Below are positions 47,956 through 56,573 of a DNA stretch of 64,000 bases, piece by piece (the stretch's first letter is position 1; every line of letters starts with the position of its first letter). The position numbers and the translations under genes are program-made. The stretch comes from Zancudomyces culisetae HAW-14-8. Taxonomy: Eukaryota; Fungi; Kickxellomycota. The stretch is taken from assembly GCA_052426225.1 (NCBI GenBank), contig JBNJNM010000011.1, positions 4,092,001 through 4,156,000 on the forward strand, given 5' to 3'. The notes under the pieces are model-generated. The model worked only from the letters and a program-made list of their open reading frames with translations, was not told the origin of the DNA and searched no databases.

Positions 47956-49284
47956 TCAATTCCTTGGTCTTTTGTTATGAACAAAACGGTTATGGTGGGC
48001 GTTTTTGTCCTTGTTTCTGCTCAAATCGTTGAGAAGTTTCTCCTTAAACTGTTCGAATTGTTGCTCTGTTAGCAGGTTCAGCCGAATACCAGTGTTTTCG
48101 TCTATCTTTATCTCGACATTGTCGGCACCCTCACCAACACTGCGGATTTTCTCAACAGTCTCTGATGGTACTCCCTTGGCGAACCGAATGATGTTGTTCT
48201 CCAAATCTATAAATCTGATTTTTCCATATTGCTCTTGCAGCTCCTCGCTGCCACCAAATACCTTTTTAATAGCTTTGTAGTCTACTTTTTTCTCGAGCTC
48301 TTGGCCGTTTTCCTCTCCATTTTCGGCGTTTTGGTTGTTGTAAATAACTTGGAATTTCAGCAACTCGACATTATCTCCATCATTACTGACAGTAACGCGG
48401 TTTGTTTTTCCGTCGCCACCTTCGTCGGTCTTTCTCTTGTTCTTATCTCTGCCTCCGGCGTTGCCGACTGGGTTTACATACACACTTGCTGGGTTTCTGA
48501 GCTCCATTGGAATATACTCGTCATTTTTTATTTTTTTGTTTACATAGTTTTCCAACCTATCGATCAAGCACTTGTGACCCTTGATTTCAACCTGTATATC
48601 TCCTTGCTCCTCACCCTCTACACTATTATCCTTTGCAAGTTTTTCAAAAATCTCTTCTACTTGTTTATCGGTTCCTATTTCCACCAAATAACTTCCTCTG
48701 AACTCTGGCTTGTTGCCACCACCCATTCCACCACGTCTGTTATTGTTTCTTGACATTCCACCTCTGTTCAAAAATTTACGTGCTCTGGTCAGTTTTACAC
48801 ATTCCTCCTCACCACCGATCAATCCATTCAAATATTCCTCAATTTCTCCAATTGCTTCTCTTCGTGTACCTTCTTGTCTATTTACATATTTTACGTGAAT
48901 TGTTCTTCCATACCATCCTTGGTTTTCCACAAATTTCTCAACACGTCGGATTTTTGTCATTTCCTCGTTTACCTCCAATTTTGGGTGGTCGGCTATCTCC
49001 TTACAGACTATCTCTCCCAAAACTTCGCTGATTTTATCCATTTTTTTCGATTCATCGCTGGTTTCATCCTTTGTCTGCTCATCTTCTTGCTTGGAAAGTC
49101 CTGCGTCAACTATTTGTTTAATTTTGTTAAACCGTGCCAATACTTTGAATTCGACATAGCCATCATCCTTTTCCATTTCCTTTTTCATAAAAGTATCAAA
49201 GTTCAAATTAGCATCTCCAAAGTAATGCTCTATTTGTTTCCACACCTTGCTCGAGATTTCGTATTTACCGTTACCCTGTTCCAT
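47956..49284 (-). CDS. La autoantigen-family RNA-binding protein (La motif + RRM1 + RRM2-alpha-like domain)
   Basis: QIEHYFGDANL..D.F..DGYV..FNKIK (La motif), RTIHVK..FRGSYLVE..YVNKK (RRM1), LLKF..GKIRFID..IIRF..(RRM2-like), basic C-terminus NKRPRN. Confidence 0.85.
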   Translation of the reverse strand: MEQGNGKYEISSKVWKQIEHYFGDANLNFDTFMKKEMEKDDGYVEFKVLARFNKIKQIVDAGLSKQEDEQTKDETSDESKKMDKISEVLGEIVCKEIADHPKLEVNEEMTKIRRVEKFVENQGWYGRTIHVKYVNRQEGTRREAIGEIEEYLNGLIGGEEECVKLTRARKFLNRGGMSRNNNRRGGMGGGNKPEFRGSYLVEIGTDKQVEEIFEKLAKDNSVEGEEQGDIQVEIKGHKCLIDRLENYVNKKIKNDEYIPMELRNPASVYVNPVGNAGGRDKNKRKTDEGGDGKTNRVTVSNDGDNVELLKFQVIYNNQNAENGEENGQELEKKVDYKAIKKVFGGSEELQEQYGKIRFIDLENNIIRFAKGVPSETVEKIRSVGEGADNVEIKIDENTGIRLNLLTEQQFEQFKEKLLNDLSRNKDKNAHHNRFVHNKRPRN

Positions 49285-49665
49285 TTTCTTTAGTTATTTT
49301 CCTTATATTATTCCAATACTGTGATTATTTTTTTACAAGAAAGATATGCTATTAACCTTTAGGATGTGTCCGCTTCGTTTGTCTCGCTTTTTTATAGTTT
49401 ATGTAGAACGAAAATTTTTTTAAATCAAGCAGCTAGATCGAAATAATGATGGAGAAAAAAAATTTTTTTTTCCTGCATTCTAATTGCTGAATTTGGGAAT
49501 GTTGAGCACACCAATTAAGTAACCAGAAAAAAACCTAACCAATTCCAATTTAAAGTGCTGAATACCTCTCTCAAGCTGCACTTAACGTGTAGAACCAAGC
49601 TTGGTCGTTTTTTCTTTTGTTGACTATTTTCGCTTGTCTAGCAAGAATACAAACCCACATAAATT

Positions 49666-50593
49666 ATGGCTAGTTACTTCAATAATGACAGCATCGATAA
49701 AAGTATTGTTTCAAAAGTCATAAGCCTGGTTCGGAAAAGCAATCAGAGGGAAACTAATGATGAAAATAGTAGCTTACAGCTTGACGATACTATGTTGATC
49801 GACTTGTACTCGATCTTTGGTTCCTCAATGCTTACAAATGCCCTGTACTTTTTACAGTGTAACAAAGGTTATTATTCAATATTCCTTCCTTGTGTGACTC
49901 CCATTTTTATACATTGAGAAACTCATCCTCTCTTCACAAACAATCCGCAACATGGAACTCGTGTTTGTACTGGATTTGGGGATCGTGTGATTTGGCGAAT
50001 TATTTACTTGTCTCTATGCATTTCTTTAATTTTTATTTATCATTCACTGTAACTAGTTGCTTTGCTGAAATCGCCACTCGGAAATTCCATCTTTAAGGTA
50101 ATATTCGTTATTGTAAATGTATTCCGATTACCAATTTGGCTCTATACAGCGATAAACACCTCAGTAAATGGCTAAAAGGGATGGGACAGGTGATGTACTT
50201 GTTGGCTGTCTCTTTTGACATACTATAACTTTACTACTATCTGAGCATCTCTTTTCATAACAACACTCTAGAAACTCATTTTTAACTCAAAATAGGTTCA
50301 AACAGATACAGAACCTGGTGTGGTTTATGTGATTATACCAGATTTCAAATGCAACCATTGTTACTTGAATTTTGGCAATGTAGGAAGCGTTTCTAATAGT
50401 CATGTTAAACCTCTTTTACCTCGGTTTAAAACGATACAGTTAACGATATTTCTTTCTATTATCCCTTTAAAAAAAATAGGTCGAATGTTGCAGTCACTCT
50501 TTGGCAGCCATTCTAGCAGAAGCACTGGGTCACCACTTTACTATAGAGTTAAAAACCGAGGAGGAGTTTTCCTGTATTTTATTTAATTTCTAG
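49666..50593 (+). CDS. SWIM zinc-finger protein ZSWIM7/Sws1-like (Shu complex); probable exons 49666-49867, 50057-50097, 50296-50379, 50480-50593
   Basis: Spliced: ..LIDLYSIFGSSMLTNALYFLQCNK-VALLKSPLGNSIFK-VQTDTEPGVVYVIIPDFKCNHCYLNFGN-VECCSHSLAAILAEALG..; this follows the ZSWIM7 layout (L..IFG....AL..L...V....SP.G.....V.....Y....C.C...CxH.LA). The first donor (GTTATT) is weak and the exon 3 donor could instead be at 50404. Confidence 0.7.
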
Positions 50594-51757
50594 TATGGTC
50601 TGCGCTTTGATCTTTGTGCTCTGACGACGTATAATTTCATATCCAGATATATTCAATCATATATTGTAATATTAGGTATCAAAGGTGATTTTTAATAAAT
50701 ATTCTAATTCGCCGAGCTTTGTTCGATCTAGTGGCTGCTAGTTATAACGAGATAAAAGTAGCAATATTGTTGATATATTATATTATGTTTGCTCAGCTGG
50801 TAATTTCTTTGCACCATGTTGCTAGAACCAGGAGAATCTGGGAACTATTGCTATGTACAAGACTATTGGCAACAAAAGAGCAATCAATGACTGTCGGTAA
50901 ACTTTGTTGATAGAAAAGAAATACCAAGGCCTATAGCCCAAACTAGCACACCTTCATGTGCCTTCTTTTTGTACCTGTTTACTTGCCCGCCCACATGTAC
51001 TTTTTTTTTAATATTTTCATCAAGTTTATTTTTTACCCACCTCCTGCGCAGCGATGTGTTTGGAAACGCAACATGGAATGTTCGATTAGTAGGATACTGT
51101 AAGATACCAAAATAGGCTAAATAAGCTAAATAAGAAACCGAAATACATGCATACACCAATCCTTTTTGGGGGGGACGAGGGGTGATTTGTTGTTCTAATG
51201 TCTTGCACTGTCAACATGCATATTCATCCTTCCAAAAACAAAAACATTCTTATTTTTTGCTTTCCTATTTGCTTATTTTTCATGCGTTTCTGCATCTCAT
51301 AATACGCATATTCTTGACATTACTCTTTTTGATGCATGTTCTTGCTATCTACCTAATTGCCGCTTTTTGAGAATACTATTTGTCTTCTGTCATTATTGCT
51401 TCTGCTTTATCGGGTAAATTTTCATAACTCTTTGAAAGCTAGCAGAAGTAGAGGAGGGGAAGGGAAAATTGGTAATTAAGCCTCACAAGTCTTTTTAGCC
51501 GAAACCCGGGAATAGCACATTTATTAGTATCGATTATTTTGTTTTTGCTCTATCACCAGCATCTAATAAAAAAAATCTATATAAATCATGTACCAGCTTT
51601 CCTTTAGCTCAGTCGAAAATAGCAGAACAACTAATATAAAGGTATAATAATACCATCTTACCTTCAATATTAAGCACATGTTTCTAGTGTAAAATAAATA
51701 AATAGACAACGATAAAGAGTATAGGAAACACTCTGAAGGACAAAACCTAATAGCAAA

Positions 51758-52603
51758 ATGGACAAAATAAAACCCATCTTTAAGGATAAAACACCGACCA
51801 TTGAGCAACTTGTGGAGAAATTCCAACAACTTAACACACTAATGGTCCAAAAAATGCAAAGCATGGGCAAAGATAACGGTGGTAGTGGCGGTAGCCTAGA
51901 TGCCACAACTGAACACCCGTATTATCCAAACACACTTCCTATATACAACTACACACCCTCCACATACTCAAAAACACAAATTGCGGTCGCTCTCGGTATC
52001 CCGATCCTACTTGTGTCATTATTAAGTCTCAAGTTTATTTCAAAAACTAACTATACTTTAGAGAAAAGAAAAGGAATGCGTCCGCTGACTATTTTAGACA
52101 GACTTGGAGTGGTATGGCTTCTTATTGGTGGTTTGATCCGCATTGTATTTGGTGGATATTTTGCTGTGTATCACAAAAACATAGCATCCGATGGAACTAT
52201 TTTTGGTGATGTATATAGAGAAATGGGCTATGTTGACAGCCGATATCTTATCAATGATCCGCTAATAATCACTCTCGAGACGCTCATGGCTGTTTTTGTT
52301 GGACCTCTGTGCATTTTAACAGCTATTTCAATTCTTAGAGGTTACCACCCAATTCGCCATACTCTTCAGTTTTTGGCAACCAGTTTACAGCTACACATTG
52401 TGGCAATTTATATGGGAACCAACATTTTATCTAAATTCAACCATACTCATCCTGATCCAAAATATCTTTGGAGATATTCTGCCTCAGCCGGTCTTGCTTG
52501 GGTATTGGTCCCATTACTATTGTTCGCTCAATCAGCACATGCGATAGTAGTAACATTCAAACATGAACAAAAACCTATAGTTGCACCCAAAAAGCAAAAC
52601 TAG
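51758..52603 (+). CDS. EBP (EXPERA) family protein, catalytically degenerate paralogue
   Basis: HPYYP, DSRYL..DP....E....GPL, HPDP..W, about five TM segments, C-terminal KKQN ER-retrieval motif. Catalytic His/Glu positions read R/G. Confidence 0.88.
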   Translation: MDKIKPIFKDKTPTIEQLVEKFQQLNTLMVQKMQSMGKDNGGSGGSLDATTEHPYYPNTLPIYNYTPSTYSKTQIAVALGIPILLVSLLSLKFISKTNYTLEKRKGMRPLTILDRLGVVWLLIGGLIRIVFGGYFAVYHKNIASDGTIFGDVYREMGYVDSRYLINDPLIITLETLMAVFVGPLCILTAISILRGYHPIRHTLQFLATSLQLHIVAIYMGTNILSKFNHTHPDPKYLWRYSASAGLAWVLVPLLLFAQSAHAIVVTFKHEQKPIVAPKKQN

Positions 52604-53007
52604 TTGGGTATATTTACTTTATTCCTCTTGCCTTGTTTATAACAACACATGCGTTGTTTTTTTTTTTTGAATTTACTCGTATTTATTTATTGGTAATAAA
52701 GATTACATGGATGTGATTTAACTTGATGATACATATCAAGTTGTGTGATATGTCTAGTTTAGCACTCTGTGCTTGTAATGGTCTTTTTTTTCGCTGGTAA
52801 CATAGCTTTTGGTTGCTAGTGAGACGCTTTATCACACTACTGTGACACAGTCAACTACACAAAAACTGGGCCTTGTTATAGTTAAAGTGGTGTTAGGATA
52901 AAATACTCTAAATATTTATTGAAAAGGTAGAGTAGAAATATAAAACTTCCTAAATGCTATAAAAAAAAAACAGGTAGACTAAAGGGGAAAAGAAAGGAGT
53001 AGTAAAC

Positions 53008-53877
53008 CTATGATTTTTTGGCTTTAGGAGTTTCGTACAGGCTGGTATAAAGTTTGGAAGCTCTGTAAATAGCAACAGATGAGTCGTAGATATAAACCAT
53101 TGGAATTACAATCCAAGGAAGATTGCAGAACACAAAGTAGGCCCAGAAATAGAAAGGATCTGGGTGGGTGTAGACACACCTTTCAAGAATGTTTATAAGC
53201 ATGTAGAGTACATCGCCATATAGCTGGCACATAGAGCAAAGGATTTGGGTGACGTGTCTTAGTGGGTGTCTATTTACAATAGCATAGACAGTGAAGAGTG
53301 CTAGTGGACCATCAAATAGTGCAGTGATACCTTCCATGACCACTGTGAATGGATCACTTGATAGATATCTGCTATCAGAAAGTGCATATTCACGCCAAAT
53401 GTCCGCAAGTACATGGGAGTTTCCGGCAATCGACCTATTGAATGCAACAAAATATCCCTCCAAGACCATGTGAATCATTCCAGATATGGCAAACCAAATA
53501 ATTCCAAACTTTTCCAATTTGGTCAAAAGTGTTTGTTGGGCATGAAGCCGGTGAAGATTGGTTTTTGCAATCAAGTAGAAAGCATACATAATCACCAGAA
53601 ACACTACTGAGCCAAAAATCGAAAACATGACGGGAGTAGATAAGACCGAAGGTTTGTAATTTGGTAACTCCAAGGTCTTTGGGTAGTACGGATGCTGCAC
53701 ATATTGGTTTGTGGGAATTGGGCCGGTTTCCTCGGATACATACTCTGGAATAGGTTCCGCAAGCGGTACTGTTGGTTGACGTGTTACTGCAAGTTTGGCA
53801 GTGGTTTCTTCAGCATAAACACTAGATAGAAAGAGAATTAGTGTTGAAAGAAGTAGCGGCTTATTTAACTTTATCAT
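53008..53877 (-). CDS. EBP: 3-beta-hydroxysteroid delta8-delta7 isomerase (emopamil-binding protein)
   Basis: HPYYP, WF..SG.IHMVLEGYF, WREYALSDSRY, MEGITA..GPL, QLYGDVLY, YFWAYFVFCNLPWIVIP; all canonical catalytic positions present; lysine-rich end KAKKS. Confidence 0.93.
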   Translation of the reverse strand: MIKLNKPLLLSTLILFLSSVYAEETTAKLAVTRQPTVPLAEPIPEYVSEETGPIPTNQYVQHPYYPKTLELPNYKPSVLSTPVMFSIFGSVVFLVIMYAFYLIAKTNLHRLHAQQTLLTKLEKFGIIWFAISGMIHMVLEGYFVAFNRSIAGNSHVLADIWREYALSDSRYLSSDPFTVVMEGITALFDGPLALFTVYAIVNRHPLRHVTQILCSMCQLYGDVLYMLINILERCVYTHPDPFYFWAYFVFCNLPWIVIPMVYIYDSSVAIYRASKLYTSLYETPKAKKS

Positions 53878-54513
53878 TTTTTTTTCTTTTTCTGCTTGGT
53901 CCCTGATTTTGATGAGGTTGTCTTAATCCACGTAGTATTCAAAATAAAAACATAAAGTTTGATCCAAATATATTTCGAGTTCTTATTGTAGCTTGTTCAA
54001 ATACCGAAAGGATGTATCGTTTGTACCTGAAATTCAATCCTGAATTTACTTTTTATTTTACTAATCTGTTATTTTGCTTTATTTATTATTATTTTATTTT
54101 GTAGAAAATATTTTGGCTATGCTATAAATCAACAGGCTTGGCAAATTGTTGGAGGGAATGGAGGGGGTATGGCATAAAAAAGCTGAAAACTGGAAACTGA
54201 AAACAAAATTGGGCGAATTAAATGGCACGGGGGATGAAAAAAAAAACAAAAATCGGCGACAAAATATGAGTCGATTCTAGTGAGCTTGTAAACTAGCCAC
54301 CACCAAAGGTAACTAACTATATTAACTGGATAAGAAGAGGTTGGGGCAAGTGGGAAAAAATGAAAAAAATACTGTTAATTATGGTAAAATCCAAAAGCGT
54401 GTTTTTGAGTTAGATCAGTATTTTTTTAACTGTTATCTTATAAAAACAATATATAAACAAACAAAAAGAAAAGGTAAGAGTAGAAATAATGAACAGCTAT
54501 TTCAAAAAGAGAG

Positions 54514-56142
54514 TTATAAAAACTTCCTTTGAGAGCCAAAAAGAGTAGGGAATGAGGCTTGGTTTTGATTTAACGACGGTGTCGACATCCCAAACCTGTT
54601 GGAAATATTGTTGCTGCCTGTAGGTGTACCCATGTTGGGATTGGCGCCGCTGGTGTTTCCACTGAATGGTCCGGCAGAAGTGGGGTTGTTGAGACCCAAA
54701 GCAGAGTATATGGCAGGTGAAGGAGGAACAGCTGTGGTGTGAGTAGTTGTTGAGTTGTTGAATAGGGGCTGACCATGTGGTTGGGGTTGAGACCGCTGTT
54801 GGTCATATACTGAAGAAGAGTATGTAGGAAAAGAATGTTGTTGGTGCTGGGTTGTGTCAAAGATATTGTTTACAGATGGTTTTGACTCTTTTATTTGTTT
54901 TAATTTTTCTTGTAGAGATGCAGTCTGTGTATCAATCCACTGCAACGAATCTAAATGTGAGTTGAGGATTTTTGTGATCAAAGAGAAAGGCTCGTTGGAA
55001 TTGCTGCCGGCAACCAAGGAGGATGTACCATCTGAGCTGCTTGAGAAAGATTTAGACAAGCTATCCAGTCCATTGACATTTTCAATGACCGAGCTTAGGC
55101 ATTTCAACAACTCTTCCAGTTGAGAATTTAGATTTTCAGCCTTTTCAAAGGCTTTTTCACGTTCGGAATCCTCAAATGCAAGAGTAGCTTGGTTTTGTTG
55201 AGCAGAATTTACCAACAAATCTTTGGTTATTGGTTCGTATTTATCCAGCAACCCGAGCAGAACTTCTTGTTGTTTTTCCATGCTATCTAACTGCTGATCA
55301 AGAACACCTTGTGATTTTTCTACAGTGCCATAATTAGTATATAAAGTTTCGACCTGTTTTTTTTGCTCTAACAGTTGTCTTTCGAGTTGCGATGCTAGCT
55401 CTGCCTGTTTATGAAACTGTACAACTTGTTGTTTGAGTTCGTCTGTCCACATTTCAACAATATCGCTAATGGTCTCCCCCTCTAATAACACTGTTGACAA
55501 ATCTTCGCCCAATAACTTATTTTCTGTTGTTGATGTTGTTGCCGCTGTTGTTGCCGCTGTTGTCGCAGGTGCTGTTATTTTCGTGTCTGTTGACAGTGCA
55601 GTTGAGCTACCAAATCCAAACTTTAATCCGCCTGCTGTATTTGATGTACCTGGTGCACCCATCCCCGTACCAAACTGTGATGTGGTTGCTGCAGATGGAT
55701 TTGCTGTACCAAAAAGACCGGATGATGCTGTTGTCGGCTGAGCAGTGCCACCAATACCCGGTGTTGCCGTAGTTGCTGTTGTTGTCGCTGTCGCTGGCTT
55801 GCCGAATAGCGAACCAGTTGACCCAAATCCTCCAAATCCTGAGGTTGTCGATGCTGCTGTTGTTGCTGTAGAAGGTTGCTGTTGAGTTGTACTTAATGAA
55901 GGAAAAGAGCTACTGGTATTCGCAGCGTTTGTTGCCGAACCACCTATTCCACCAAAAAGACTAGTACCGCTAGTACCACCGGTACTAGTGCTTGTAAACA
56001 TATTTTTGTTTGCGGTGGTGTTTTGTGTCCCAAATAAATTTGACCCGAATAATGATCCTCCCCCAGATGCTCCGCCCGTGCCGGCACCCGTACCTGTGTT
56101 CCCACCAGCCCCAGTATTACCGCCAAAATTAAATCCCGACAT
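54514..56142 (-). CDS. NSP1: FG nucleoporin Nsp1/Nup62
   Basis: N-terminal FG repeats in a T/A/G/S background, then coiled coils LEGETISDIVEMWTDEL, EREKAFEKAENLNSQL and ITKILNSHLDSLQWID. Confidence 0.92.
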   Translation of the reverse strand: MSGFNFGGNTGAGGNTGTGAGTGGASGGGSLFGSNLFGTQNTTANKNMFTSTSTGGTSGTSLFGGIGGSATNAANTSSSFPSLSTTQQQPSTATTAASTTSGFGGFGSTGSLFGKPATATTTATTATPGIGGTAQPTTASSGLFGTANPSAATTSQFGTGMGAPGTSNTAGGLKFGFGSSTALSTDTKITAPATTAATTAATTSTTENKLLGEDLSTVLLEGETISDIVEMWTDELKQQVVQFHKQAELASQLERQLLEQKKQVETLYTNYGTVEKSQGVLDQQLDSMEKQQEVLLGLLDKYEPITKDLLVNSAQQNQATLAFEDSEREKAFEKAENLNSQLEELLKCLSSVIENVNGLDSLSKSFSSSSDGTSSLVAGSNSNEPFSLITKILNSHLDSLQWIDTQTASLQEKLKQIKESKPSVNNIFDTTQHQQHSFPTYSSSVYDQQRSQPQPHGQPLFNNSTTTHTTAVPPSPAIYSALGLNNPTSAGPFSGNTSGANPNMGTPTGSNNISNRFGMSTPSLNQNQASFPTLFGSQRKFL

Positions 56143-56573
56143 TTCTTTCTTTTTTTCCTTTGTATCTATATCGAAATCTCTATGAATGGTTTATACGCTA
56201 ATTTTTTAATTTTACAATTGAAAAAAAAAAATAAATAACAAAAGTTGAACAAGGTGAAAGCCAGTATATGATTTTCAAAAAGTACGATTTTTTCCTAGTT
56301 TTTTCATTTTATTACTATAATTTTTTTTTTTGAAGTTTGGCTTTTTTTTCATTGCGGGAATTTGTCTACTACTTTAGTTTGCCACTAAAATTTTTTTCCG
56401 CGTCAATTCAATCAAAATCTCTGGGGATGAGGGCGATAAAAGGACGCAAAAAAAAAAAGTTGGCGGGAAATCAATGTCTTGCTGGGTAAAACCAACTGTC
56501 TTTATTCTGGATATAGAGCAGCTAAAGGCTGAGCTAAAGCTGTTAAAAGTAAAGGCTAAAAATAAACGAATAA

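Noticed and set aside
5040-53877. Sterol/lipid gene cluster (GH5 glycosidase, P450, ADH, EBP pair)
   Set aside because: The genes are spread over about 49 kb and separated by unrelated housekeeping genes; no shared regulatory motif seen.
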